Of a stretch of 64,000 bases of DNA, positions 14,119-27,295 are shown piece by piece (the first letter of the stretch is position 1; the number at the start of each line of letters is the position of its first letter). Origin of the DNA: Octopus vulgaris (lineage: Eukaryota); NCBI GenBank assembly GCA_951406725.2, contig OX597827.1, forward strand, positions 57,474,001 to 57,538,000, in the 5' to 3' direction. Below the pieces are notes generated by a model. It was not told where the DNA came from. It saw nothing but the letters and a program-made list of their open reading frames with translations, and did not search any database. The translations under genes and the position numbers were made by a program.

Positions 14119-14520
14119 AGGCGTAGGAGTGGCCGTGTGGTAAGTAGCTTGCTTACCAACCACATGGTTCCAGGTTCATTCTCACTGCGTGACACCTTGG
14201 GCAAGTGTCTTCTACTATAGCCTAGCGCCGACCAAAGCCTTGAGAGTGGATTTGGTAGACAGAAACTGAAAGAAGCCCGTCGTATATATGTATATGTGTG
14301 TGTGTGTATGTTTATGTGTCTGTGTTTGTGTTTGTCCCTTCAACATCGCTTGACAACCGATGCTGGTGTGTTTACGTTCCCATAACCTAGCGGTTCGGCA
14401 AAAGAAACCGATAGAATAAGTACTAGGCTTACAAAGAATAAGTCCTGGCGTCGATTTGCTCGTGTAAAGGCGGTGCTCCAGCATGGCTGCAGTCAGATGA
14501 CTGAAACAAGTAAGTAAAGA
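14119..14520 (+). mobile_element. tRNA-derived SINE family A
   Basis: Full-length copy, head-to-head with the preceding copy. Confidence 0.85.
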
Positions 14521-14769
14521 AAAGAATAGTCAATATCATGAAAATCATTTTCGCTATAAATCAGTGAATAAAGAATTATTATCTATTAAAGTTTTAACAT
14601 TTTGGGTAATTTTAGCCAATCGTAGGCCACAGTCACATTCATGCCTGTTTCCATAGAAAAAAGTCAAACATGAGAACTCTTTTGCCTGTGAGAAAGTACG
14701 TGTTGACAAACGTGTTCCAGTCATTGAGGTGGTTGTCATAAGTGCTAAAAATATCAGCCAGATAGGCTT

Positions 14770-15150
14770 TAAATCACGCGCCAGAGGAGGATGTGGTTTC
14801 GTACTTGCAAGAAAAGAGTGTTATGCCCAAAAGAAAATTATGCAAAATGAAGAAGCATTTTATGAGTACAAGCAAACATAGAGGAGAGATGTATTGGCGG
14901 TGCTCGCGCCAAGGATGCATGGAGCCTGTGTCAGTGAGGAAAGACACATGGTTTGAAGGTGGCACCTTTCCTCTTAGGACTGTAGTTCTTTTCCTTTACT
15001 CGTGGGTTAAGGAGTTGACTTCAGTCTGGTTTTGTGTTGAAGAATTACACAGCTGCTGGTTATAACAGCTATGTTAGGGAATTATTTGCGGAAGACCTGC
15101 TCCGTCATCTAGTTAAGGTTGTTGGTCCTGCGAAGATTGTTGAGATGTTT
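14770..15150 (+). mobile_element. Merlin/IS1595-type transposase N-terminal relic
   Basis: YWRCSRQGC..VSVRKDTWFEG..LFLYSW.KELTS..C.EEL followed by RELFAEDLL..VVGPAKIVE, typical of eukaryotic ISXO2-like transposases. Confidence 0.7.
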
Positions 15151-16234
15151 GATTTTGAAAATATATAATTTGTAATGTGCTATTTTGTTTTTGGATAAAT
15201 CTTTTAGGTTTGTGCTAAAGTTTCTTATTTTGAGAAATTTTTAATTTGTAATATGCTGTTTATCGCATTAAATGCACATTGAATGCTTCAAAATACAACA
15301 TACGTATTGCTTACACGTTCTTTTTTTTGTCATTGAGGTTGTTGTGATGTGTGCTAGAAAATAATAGCTAAAAAGGCCCTAAATCATGTTCCCCCGCAAT
15401 TTTTTTCTTTTTGCATAATCGTTTGAATTTTTGCGTATAGAATACAAATACGCAAAAATTTTCTGAAAATTCAAAAAAATAAATAAGTTATGAGGGGTTA
15501 TATGTCGTGCGTAATTCATTTGATTACGGTTTCATACAAAACACTAGTGCTATTTTCAGGATGTTGACAAAATGTGCAGCCACGCACAAAATGACTGCTT
15601 CCAAATCCTGTTTCCTGACTGAGTGAAAATGAACAAACTTTAAACCTCTATAACTTTAATTTTTTTTCTGGAAAGAGTGAAATAACTCCAGCAATTCAGC
15701 TTGGAAAACTACATTAATATACCAAATTTTTAAATTTTCAATAAACTTTGATTTTTGAAATCTTGCCTGTCAAACAGAAAAAATCCAGAAAGAGTGAAAG
15801 AAAGGAAAAGACAAGGACATTACAATTTATTAATTGAACACGATTTACATTTCCCTCTCCTCGTGCACATAAAGAGAAGTTAGCTGGTGCTCCGTCGGTG
15901 TCGACGACGAGTGTTCCAGTTGATCCTATCAACGGAACAGCCTGCTCGTGAAATTAACGTGCAACTAGCTGGACACTTCACACACACGCGTATCTTCAAC
16001 GTAGTTCTCAAAGGGATTCAGCGTGACACAGAATGTGACAAAGTCGGCCCTTTGAAATACAGGTACAACTCATTTTGCTAGGTAAGTTGATTGGAGAAGT
16101 GTGAAATAAAGTGTCTTGTTCACGGGATAAGCTAATAGCAATGGCTATCTGATATTTATAGTCAATCGCCTGTCATTCTAACACTATATGGTAAACACAA
16201 TCAGTGTTTTCCTCGGTTGTGCAGCTGCAGGACG

Positions 16235-16860
16235 TGTAGACTTTGGTCAAATTTAAGACTCTCCCTTGCTCTCCTAAATTCAGCTGCCCGTTTTCGCAAT
16301 GTTTACAAAGTTGGGGCGTCATCCCCTATTGTAGTCCCCATGTCAGTATCAGTGTCCTTTAGCGTGTAGTCACGCCAACTTGGGAAATCTCCAGCACGCA
16401 TGCGCAGAGTTGGATTCTTCCGGGAGGTCTGTCGGAAGTTCCCACATGCGCATGCGCAGAAAACTAGCAGCAGCGAAATTTCCCTCGTATCGCTCTCTCG
16501 AACGCTGAGAGCCGAATAGGACGGTCGTGTTTTAGCAGCTCTCTCAAGCTGCTACCTCGTGGTGTTTCTCCGCTATGCTTGAACGGACAGGATTTGGCTC
16601 ACTCCACTTGACTACTGCGACGAGCTCCTAGGCTGCCGATTCGCCCAGAAAGAAGTATGTATATATTGCGAATCCAGAAATAAAATATTTATGCTTTTGA
16701 AGTTAATCAGGAGTCTTGACTCTTTCCTTCGATTAATATTTTAATGTCAAGGATGCGAGCTGCATTCATCCAGTGCGGGGACCTCTCATCCTGTTACAAT
16801 TGGTGACCCCTGAACATGAAACGAACGTGCAAGCCAACAGACAGACACAGCAACTCGCCA
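16235..16860 (+). mobile_element. LTR of an LTR retrotransposon (probably Gypsy) with tRNA-Trp PBS; internal region lost
   Basis: GC-rich segment with AATAAA ending ...TGTTACA (16798), then TGGTGACCCC (16801-16810); 5' boundary uncertain. Confidence 0.65.
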
Positions 16861-17259
16861 TACTTGAATGCCAAATTTTGTCCATTTTCAAGAGATCTCA
16901 CGACTAGTTTCTTTTGAAGTCTTCTTTTAAAAGTCAGAAATAAATTTACCAGTTATCAATAAGTGCTATAAATTAATACATTCAAGATTTCACAACTCTA
17001 GCGTCACCCCTTCGTAGTCAGCTTATGAACTTTTCAGCCCTCACTTTACGAGGATCCGCTTTACGAGACTCCGGGGGTTTACGAATTATTACGAGATTTC
17101 TGTTTACGAGTTTTCGCTTTACCAGCGATCATCGGAAACGAATTAACACGTATATCGAGTCATTACTGTATAAAGCGCGTAAATTTGGTATAAGTTAATA
17201 CACTTTCCCTATCAATTATGCTTTCTTTTTCTTCTTTCCGTTTTTTGTAGATTTGGGAT

Positions 17260-17605
17260 GTTCTTCTTCTTCTTCATCGACGTCGTTGTCTTCTTCTTCT
17301 TCTTCTTCTTCTTCTTCTTCTTCTTCTTCTTCTTCGTCGTCGTCTTCTTCGTCGTCGTCTTCTTCGTCTTCTTCTTCGTCGTCTTCTACTTCTTCTTCTT
17401 CTACTTCTTCTTCTTCCTCTTCTTTTTCTTTTTCTTCTACCTCTTCTTCTTCTTCCTCTTCTTTTTCTTTTCTCCTACTTCTTCTTCTTCCTCTTCTTTT
17501 TCTTTTTCTTCTACTTCTTCTTCTTCCTCTTCTTTTTCTTTTTCTTCTACTTCTTCTAACCCTACTTCTTCTTCTACTTCTTCCTCTTCTTTTTCTTTTT
17601 CTTCT

Positions 17606-17636
<31 letters not shown>

Positions 17637-17683
17637 TTTCTTTTTCTTCTTCTACTTCTTCCTCTTCTTTTTCTTTTTCTTCT

Positions 17684-17714
<31 letters not shown>

Positions 17715-17728
17715 TTTCTTTTTCTTCT

Positions 17729-17759
<31 letters not shown>

Positions 17760-17791
17760 TTTCTTTTTCTTCTTCCTCTTCTTTTTCTTTT

Positions 17792-17822
<31 letters not shown>

Positions 17823-17920
17823 TTTCTTTTCTTCTACTTCTTCCTCTTCTTTTTCTTTTTCTTCTTCTTCTTCTTCTTCTTCTCCTTCTCCTTCTTCTTC
17901 TCCTTCTCCTTCTTCTTCTT
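17260..17920. repeat. ~660-bp nearly pure pyrimidine (CTT)n-derived tract
   Basis: Direct reading. Confidence 0.95.
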
Positions 17921-18369
17921 TGTCGTACAGCCATTTCAATAAGTTCACCAATCACCGATATTATAAGCAACTCTGCGGTGTGACAAGTCGGTAGTTAAGT
18001 AATCCGGTAGACGACCAATTAATTTCTCGTAGTAGTTTTTTTTTCTTTTTCCTGCCTTTTTTTTTCTATTTTTTGTTTTCTTTATTTTCTTAATGTTAAC
18101 AATCAAATATAGACTGGTGTAAATCCTGGACTTACAAACAAGATTAACCGATTTTTATATTTAATTTTTTTTTTTTTTTACATTATTTGTTCGTTATCCG
18201 TCTAGTCTTGGAGTCAGGATATCAGCACTAGCAGAATTTTTTCCAGTTCTTTCATAATTCAAAGAAAAATGTTATGTGTGTATGTTGTACATGTATATGT
18301 ATACATATATATTCATATATATGTATACACACACACATACATACATACATATATATATATGTGTGTATG

Positions 18370-18465
<96 letters not shown>

Positions 18466-18574
18466 AATAATAAATATTAGGGAATAAATCCAAATTTACA
18501 GGGAAAAAAATCAGATTTAGGATTAAATCCAATTTTATAGTAAAATATTATAAAATATTATTAGAGACAAAAAA

Positions 18575-18855
18575 TTATTAGAGACAAAACCACTATTTTG
18601 CAAAACAAACAAGGAAAGACTTAATCAATACATAAAATTTTAATAAATAGTCAAAAAAACCGCCACTACAATTGTTTCTCAAATTACTTCATAATTTGAA
18701 ACTGACTTATTGGAAGTCCACCTGAAGATTGTCGATCAAGACAAGAAACAATTGTAGTGGCGGTTTTTTTGACTATTTATTAAAATTTTATGTATTGATT
18801 AAGTCTTTCCTTGTTTGTTTTGCAAAATAGTGGTTTTGTCTCTAATAATATTTTA
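18575..18855. repeat. ~105-bp inverted repeat (Penelope-like inverted insertion) between (TA)n tracts
   Basis: 18575-18679 is the reverse complement of ~18744-18850. Confidence 0.9.
18718..18760 (+). ncRNA. Minimal type I hammerhead ribozyme
   Basis: CCAC-CTGAAGA-TTGTC(gatcaa)GACAA-GAAA-CAATTG-TA-GTGG: intact core, paired stems I and II, palindromic stem III, GUA cleavage triplet. Confidence 0.75.
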
Positions 18856-18862
18856 TATATAC

Positions 18863-18937
<75 letters not shown>

Positions 18938-19007
18938 TATATATATACACATATATATAGACTTACTTGGAAATGGATGCGTGGCCGTTCAATTAAATAA
19001 TGATATA

Positions 19008-19070
<63 letters not shown>

Positions 19071-19388
19071 CATATATGGGTAAAGGACGTCACCAATAGT
19101 AAATAACATGTATTACGAAAACAAATGAGTTGAAAACGCAAACAATGAGAGAGAAAATGAAGAACAGGACAAATAACACAAAGAACAACTCTTAATCAGT
19201 TGTCGGTTGTCTGTCTACTCTTCGTTTCGAGCATTGAACGACAATATGAGTCTTCGAAGACAGTTGCTCCCATAAATACCAAAATGAAATTTTGGATTTA
19301 TGGAGGGTGAACGTTGGTAACAAAAACAGGACAGTGGAAACATACAAGGAAACCGAACGAAAATAAACATTTTACCCTCGTTCTGGTC

Positions 19389-20460
19389 TTACAGAAAAAC
19401 CGTTGAACCCCAATTGTGGCATCTCGGTATTCTGCCCTCCACGTTCACCCTTAGTTCTACTCTGTTCGAAAGAAAAATCAGGTCGGGAACTTTCTCAAAC
19501 TTCTCTGGCTTCACGTGGAGAAGAACCTCCAAGGTAGTCCCAACCCAATTCTTCCTCCTCGATCTTGTAACGCTCAGGAGATTTTGCCCGCCATCCCTAC
19601 AAATACACGCAAGAATCCACCATAGATTCAAGACTGGTGGGACTGCAGGTACCGTAATTCGTATCGCCCTCCTTCCCATGTACGTTGGGAAGAGGGCGAT
19701 TTCCTTGGTGCGACCCGTGGTCACCGAGTTCTGTATCGTCTGCTCCTTTGTCTTAAAAAATGCCCCTACTCCGCCGTACTGCCTCGCTCTCGCAATGTGG
19801 TGGATATTTTGCCATATGTCTTTCAAGGCTTTTTCCACTTGGTCGCATTTAGCATTTTCGAGCTTACTCGTCTTTGTATTTACACACCTGTAGACGACTG
19901 TTCGTTTCGTTGTTGCTTCGAGCACGTCGTCAGGAGGCGCCAATTCTGCCCTCCTTCCATTCATTTTCATAAATTTTGCCGCCTTGCTTAGTTTTTCTAT
20001 TTTGTCTTCCAATGAGATGTTAACCCATTCCTTAGCTGCCGTGATATTTGTCAAAGTTTTTTCCCTACCGCTAACTCCATTTTTTTAGACGCTTTGCAGT
20101 CGCTTTCAATATTGTTTTGCGTGCTCCTATAATTTCCATGTAACGAGAAAGATTTTACTCCTTCCTTCCTCTCGCTTTCTTTCTGCTTTTCCTCTTCTTT
20201 CTTCTTTTCTTGCCTCTAAGTTGCTTCTTCATCCTTCTTTTCTTCCTGCTGTCTGCTGCCAATCATGGCGAGGAGGACGGGGAAGTCTCCGTGCAAATTG
20301 CCGTACCACCTTCCTTCCTCACTCCCGCTTTTCGTTGCCATCTATCTTCAATGTTTACTTTCTTTGAAGTAAATTTTCGAGGAAATTTGAAAACAAAAAG
20401 GTTTATATCCCCCACCCCAAAAAATGGAGCTTTGGTTAACAAACGTCAGTTGGCTCACAA
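19389..20460 (-). mobile_element. Non-LTR retrotransposon (Tx1/L1-like) ORF1 relic
   Basis: 221-aa ORF ending V.VEGRIPRCHNWGST, a decayed CCHC knuckle as in Tx1-type ORF1. Confidence 0.55.
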
Positions 20461-20482
20461 AACGATTTAACCAATAAAATAC

Positions 20483-20694
20483 AGTACTCTTTTACTCTTT
20501 ACTCTTTTACTTGTTTCAGTCATTTGACTGTGGTCATGCTGGAGCACCGCCTTTAGTCGAGCAAATCGACCCCGGGACTTATTCTTTGTAAGCCAAGTAC
20601 ATATTCTATCGGTCTCTTTTGCCGAACCGCTAAGTGACGGGGACGTAAACATACCAGCATCGGTTGTCAAGCAATGCTAGGGGGACAAACACAG

Positions 20695-20729
<35 letters not shown>

Positions 20730-20888
20730 CATACGATGGGCTTTTTTCAGTTTCCGTCTACCAAATCCACTCACAAGGCATTGGTCGGCCCGGGGCTATA
20801 GCAGAAGACACTTGCCCAAGATGCCACGCAGTGGGACTGAACCCGGAACCATGTGGTTGGTTAGCAAGCTACTTAGCACTCAGCCACT
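20483..20888 (-). mobile_element. tRNA-derived SINE family A
   Basis: Identity to other copies; (TTTTACTC)n tail. Confidence 0.85.
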
Positions 20889-20977
20889 GAACCTTTTAAA
20901 ACAAGTGGATTAAACATAAACTAACAGCGCGCCAAAAACACACCTCCTACTCTGGTAATAATAACAACAACAACAAC

Positions 20978-21009
<32 letters not shown>

Positions 21010-22310
21010 CAATTCTAAGTGGAAAGTAGCAATACAAAAAGAGATCGAATTTTTGTAGGTGGATGTATCAGATCTTGATGAACTTTCTAGAGGAGTAAAT
21101 GTTAGGATGAAACAAGTTAGAAAAATCAAGCAAAAATATAAAATCAAAGATTTTATAAACCTCCCTGCAACCAAGGAACAATTGAAACAAAGAATACAAC
21201 TGAAAGCCCAACGGCTCAGAAGGTATGACAAAAGAATAAAATTTTCTTGACAAAATAAGCTATTCAAGACGGATGCAAACAAATTTTATAGGGAAATTGG
21301 CAAAAGCAAGCCACCTAAGAGTGAGGAAATGGAAGAATTCTGGAAGAAGATATGGAGAATATAATGCTGAAGCTCACTGAAAGTGAAACTGGATGAAGTT
21401 GAGGAGCAGAAATGGGAGGTACTAGGAGTAGAAGAGCTAAGATGTTGTTTTTAGAAAGTCTCACAAATGGAGAACCCCAGGACTGAACTGGATCCCTAAC
21501 TTCTGGCTGAATTGTTTCACAGAAGTACGCCAAAATTTTGCTGCATCCCTATTTGATGTCATCCAGAACCCAGAGCAAATTTTGTCGTCTTGCTTAGTTT
21601 TTCTATTTTGTCCTCCAATGAGATGTTAACCCATTCTTTAGCTGTTGTGATATTTGCAAAAGTTTCTTCCCTACCGCAAACTCCATTTTTTTTAGACACT
21701 TAGCAGTCGCTTTCAATATTGTTTCGCGTGCTCCTATAAAATCCATGTAGCGAGAAAGACTTTACTCCTTCCTTCCTCTCGCCGAAGGAACAACATACCT
21801 TCTTCCAAGAACTGATGACACACAAAAATCCAAAGAACTACTGACCAATAACATATCTCAACACTACTACAAGATCCTCACATCCATACTAACTGAAAGA
21901 ATACACAATTTTCTGGAACAGAACTCTATCCTTCCACAAGCTCAAAAAGGTTGTAAAAGGAATTCTTAGAATGATTGTAGAGAATTTCTGGAGCAACAAG
22001 AACTTTATTATGGCATGGAATAGACTACAGGAAAGTGTTTGACAGTGTCCCACATAACTGGCTACTCAAGGCCCTTGAGATATACAAGATCTCTCCTGTC
22101 ATCTCCAAATTCTTACAAGGTGGCAAAGTCAAGTGGAATACACGTCTTCTTCTAAACCATAGTAATGGGATGAGCCAATCTAGCATCAACATCAAACGAA
22201 GAATCTTTCAAAGTGACTCCCTTTCCTCATTACTCTTTTGCATGGTACTGTTCCCACTCTTAAACGAACTGAGTAACACCAGGTATGGGCTCAAAATATA
22301 TAATATTATA
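21010..22310 (+). mobile_element. R4/Dong-like reverse transcriptase relic
   Basis: AQRLRRY..QNKLF..D.NKFYR, EGTTYLLP..NY*PIT..YKILT..QKGC, DYRKVFDSVPHNWL, RIFQSDSLSSLLFC; stops and frameshifts; preceded by (AAT/AAC)n. Confidence 0.8.
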
Positions 22311-23329
22311 AGTAAATCATCTGAAGCTGTTTGTGAATCACAAAGAGCTAGTAGGACTGTTAACCCTCGCCTGTTTCTAGGCAAGGTAATATTTTTCCAT
22401 TTATCAGGCTTCACTATCTCTCTTGTGAAGACAAGAGAGATAGTAACACACATGCACACAAATATGTATATATTATTTACACAATGGGTTTCTTTCAGCT
22501 TCCATCCACCAAATCCATTCACAAGGCTTTGGTTCATCCAAAGCTATTGTAGAACATATGAACATACTTGCCCAAGGTGTCACACAGTGGGACTGAACCC
22601 AAAACCATATGGTTGGGAAGTAAGATTCTTACCAAGCCACATGAAAGCATATATACATTATATATATATATATATTTATATATCAAAAACAAGATGCTTT
22701 GACTTTGACAATTTTATGAATAAAAGGCTTAGAATATTTACATCATCAAAATATGTTACCGGTTTCAATTGTTTTAAAATAATTTATTCATGCAATAAGC
22801 CAAGCAAAAATAAAATGCATAAATTAATTTAATCTTTTCTGTAAGCAGTCTTCAAATGTTCACATGGTTTTCTTATAAACTTCAAATAATTGTGTTATTG
22901 CTCTCCTGGTGGTTGCTGAGTCATAACAGTAGTAATAACAGTTTTGGCAGTGGCAGTTATTGTTGCTTACCAATAATATTGATATTAAAAAGTGGTTCAT
23001 AGTTGTTAGAGAGGATGTATGGTAGGTGGCAGTAGTAGTAGCAGTAATAGTAGTGACCACAGTAGTAGTGGCTGAATCTCTCACTAATGGAAGTAATAGT
23101 AACTTAAGCAGTAGTTGTAGTAACAGAAGTAGTGGAAATGGTTGAAGTCATAGATGTAGTGGGAATGATTTGTTCCGCTCCTACAGTAATAGGTGTGGGC
23201 ACAGCAGTTGTAGTAGTAGTAGTAGTAGTAGTAATAGTAGTAGTAGCAATACTAATCTTCTTTCCCACAGTTTTAAGAAGTGGTTAGTATTTGATTATGA
23301 ATGTGGTTCCTTTGCTAATGTGTTTTTTG

Positions 23330-23880
23330 TTGCAATGTGCCATCAGGAAATTGATACATGGCAAATATCATAAAATTCGGGTATTTCTTGCTGGCATATC
23401 TAGCTATATATTCACTGAGACCTAATTACTTCTTTCCAGTGTCCGAATTTGAGGTCTATGCAAACTTATGCATTGTCTTAAGGTTATCCAGTTTACCCTA
23501 TGTAGTTTTCTATGCATCCTGAGCCAATGCACATATAACATTATTTTGAAGAGTTGTCCTTGTTTAAAACAGATCTCTGATCCTTCTGACAGGTTTAAAC
23601 ATATACCATAGTTGCAACTTCTGCATTTTTTTTTTTTTTTACTGTTGCTTCTGTTAATTGGCCTTTGTTCATATCTTTTTTCATTGATTTGGGCTGTTTT
23701 GCTTTTAATGATAGTATGTGTTTGAAGGATTTTCTTAATCCTGGAATCATTGTATGTGTTGTTATGCTTTGAAATATCATGTTGGTGGCCTCATTGCTTT
23801 TAGAATTATGAATGGATATGTAAGACAAAGGCTTTCAATTCTGGTATAGTTTTTTATTTTGTCTTAGTACAAGCCCAAAG
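23330..23880 (-). mobile_element. Penelope-like element relic (GIY-YIG region)
   Basis: Minus strand SGCIENYIG*TG followed by LRQ..LHRPQI. Confidence 0.5.
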
Positions 23881-23891
23881 ATAGTTTTTTT

Positions 23892-24310
23892 AGGCGTAGG
23901 AGTGGCTGTGTGATAAGTAGCTTGCTTACCAACCACATGGTTCCGGGTTCAGTCCCACTGTGTGGCACCTTCGGCAAGTGTCTTCCACTATAGCCTCGGG
24001 CCGGCAAAAGCCTTGTGAGTGGATTTGGTAGATGGAAACTGAACGAAGCCCGTCATATATAAGTATATGTATATGTATGTGTGTATGTATATGTTTGAAT
24101 GTCTATGTTTGTCCACCCCCTCCCCCCAACATCGCTTGACAACCGATGCTGGTGTATTTACTTACATCCTCATAACTTAACGGTTCAACAAAAGAGATCA
24201 ATAGAATAAGTACTAGGCTTACAAAGAATAAGTCCTAGGGTCGATTTGCTCGGCTAAAGGCGGTGCTCCAGCATGGCCACAGTCACGTGACTGAAACAAG
24301 TAAAAGAGTA
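23892..24310 (+). mobile_element. tRNA-derived SINE family A
   Basis: Full-length copy. Confidence 0.85.
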
Positions 24311-24454
24311 CCCGGATGTTAATTTTCTTGGCTCATGAATTCCACTATCAATAAAAAATGGTGTGAAACTTCCTGTTAAGAACTGAATACAGAACCATGT
24401 GAGTGGGAAGCAAACTTCTTACCACACAGGTACGCCTGTGTGTGTATGTATACA

Positions 24455-25550
24455 AGTTGTTCACCAAGGATCAGTTCTTGAACCCCTCTTGTTAATAATA
24501 ATCCTCTAGGCCATAACAGAGTAATTCAAGACTGCCTGCCCCTAGGAGCACCTCCACGCTGATGACCTTGCACTTATAACCGAATCACTACCTAACCTAC
24601 AGAAGAAATTTTAGGTATGGAAGCAAGGTCTGGAATTTAGGGGCCTTAGAGTTAATCTAGCAAAGATCAAAATCCTAGTAACTACTCTCAGAGTGAAAGG
24701 CAGATTGTATGATGCCTGTGTACATACATCTATGCTAAATGGCAGTGAAACATGGGCTGTGACTGCAGAGGACATGTGAAGGCTTGAAATAAATGAAACC
24801 AGCATTCCCTACTGGATGGATAATGACAGTATGCACATACAATAGACTACAAATGATTTAGGAGGAAAACTGAATATAAGAAACATTAGATGTTGTGTCC
24901 ATGAAGGAAGACTGCCCTGGTATGGCCATGCGATGTATATGGATGAGGACAGCCACATAAAGAAGTGTTGATTTCTAATTATGGAGGGGAGCTTGTGGAA
25001 GAGGTAGACCCAAGATGTAAGGATCTGAAAAAGGATCTTCAGACACTGGGCTTCACTAAGGAAATGACAAGGGACCAGGACTTGTGGTGATCTGCTGTAC
25101 TTGAGAAGACAAGCTAAGTAAAATCATGGCCTAAGTATATTCAGGCATGTCCTTTATGGCCATGACCCCACACCTTCTCCCAGCTGAGAGACCTTTATCT
25201 TGAAGATGCCAGTGCCACATGGTATGTACATGTGCCAGTGTCACATGGTATGTATTTGTGCCAGTTCCACATAACATGCACTTGTGCATGCCACAAAACA
25301 TGCACTCATGCCAGTGTCATAGAACATGCACTCGTGCTGGTGCCACAATACGCGCAGTCATGTTGGTGCCATATGGAAAATACCCAGCACACTCTCTAAA
25401 GTGGTTGGCATTAGGAAGCACATCAACCATGCCAAAACAGTCAACTGGAGCTTGGACAGCTTTCCAACTGGCCAGATCCTGTCAAACCATTTGACCCATC
25501 CCAGCATGGAAAACAGACATTAAATGATGGTGATGATGATGATGACGATA
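24455..25550 (+). mobile_element. RTE-clade LINE 3' relic
   Basis: VHQGSVLEPLL...HADDLALI...GLRVNLAK RT motifs; tail CCAGCATGGAAAACAGACATTAAATGATG with (TGA)n. Confidence 0.75.
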
Positions 25551-26219
25551 AAAGTAAAATAACAAAATAGTGAAGATGGAGAGCTTTTTACAATTCAAAA
25601 ACAAAAGTTTAATAACCTTTATATGTTTCAGGCAGAATGGCCCATCATCAGAAGTAAACAGTCATGAAATGTTAGTCTATAGAGTACAGGCCATGTTATC
25701 ATTGTGCAAACAGGGACCCCATTATGTTTGTGTGAGTTGTGGTGACAACAATGGGCAATTATTGTGGCAGAAGCCATTCCCCAAACAGTGTCAGCAGTGC
25801 TTGCAGAAGTCATAGCTTGTTTTGTAGGGAATAGCTTGTAGTAGTTTTTGTGGTTACTACCACTACATGTATTGAAGCTAGTGGCAGTGGTGATAGCTGT
25901 AGTAATAGTCACCAATGACGAGGGTACAGGAACAGGCAATGGCAATAACAATTATGGTAGTCATGACGATGGTCATGGCATAGTGAATTTGATGACAGTG
26001 AACAGCTTATATAAGTCCCAGGCCTAACTCTGGTCATTTGTTGATCTTTGGATTATCTAAGTTGGCATGGGTTGGATGGTTTGAAAGGAACTGCCTGGCT
26101 AGCTCCAGGCAAACAAGCCAACCCATGCCAGCATGGAAGGAGGACATTAAACAACAATGATGATGAATATTAAAACGTCCTTGATCTAGAGATTTCCAAC
26201 ATTTCACTCTAAGAACCTG

Positions 26220-27285
26220 TACAGAAGCTGATTGTTTGTCATATTTGGATTAACTAACTTGAATATTCAATCCAGAGATTTCCAGCATTTCTCTCTAACA
26301 CCCAGTATGGAAGCATCTGCCATTGAAGGTGTTACTGCATTTCAAAATGTGTTTACAGAAGGAAGACACATGTCATTGAACCTCAACGAAGTAAGGAGTG
26401 CTGGAAACATATCACCTAAGTCCAAGAAAATCTGTGCGGTATGCGAGTCGTGAGGTGGGGATTTCAAAATCGTCTGTCCAACGCATTTTGAAGTGTTGTC
26501 ATTGGGAAAGTTACGTTCCAAGATTAGTCCATGCTATTAATGACGATTATCCAGACCGAAGAGTGCAGTATTGCGAATGGTACTTGGCACGATGTGTAGA
26601 AGATGCACACTTTCCAACAAAGACTGTGTGGAGTGGGGAGGCCACGTTCAAATTACATGGTTCAATTAACCATCACAATTGTACCTACTGGGGACCTGAG
26701 AATCCGCATGTTATGGCAGACCACCATGTTAATTTACCAGGAGTTACAGTGTGGTGTAGCTTATCAAGAAGATTAATTGGACCATTATTTTTTGATGCTA
26801 CTGTGACTGGTCCTGTCAACTTGAACTTGCTGCAACAGTCTTAGAGAAGATTTTGAAGATAAGGAGTTTTATTCTCAGCAAGATGGGGTACCTCCACACT
26901 ACCATCATGATATTAAATCCTAATTTGTTGAAATATTGCCAAACAGGGGTTTTTTTGTTGAACATCCTCTGTGTTCACCAGACCTCACACCACTAGACTT
27001 TTTTATATGGAGAATACAAAAAAGACAAAGTCTACACTATGAAACCTGCAACAGTCGCTGATTTGAGAGCAGCAATTGAACAAGAATGCACACAAATACC
27101 AAACGAATTCTTTCATGATGTCTGTGATCTCATCACTTCACGTTGTCGGCAGTGCCTGGACCGGAACGGACGTCAGTTTGAAAACAGGCATTGACAAAAC
27201 AATAGAATAATGTCTGTAGAATCTATTAAATTTTGAAAATGAAATGTATTTTAATAAACACCTACATTTTTTTTTAAGTACCCTG
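26220..27285 (+). mobile_element. Tc1/mariner-superfamily transposase pseudogene
   Basis: [53 protein letters not shown]; 3' TIR ends ...TACCCTG followed by TA. Confidence 0.85.
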
Positions 27286-27295
27286 TATATATATT

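Noticed and set aside
17253-17983. Long S/L/F/E/K-rich ORFs
   Set aside because: Artefacts of the (CTT)n tract, open in several frames on both strands.
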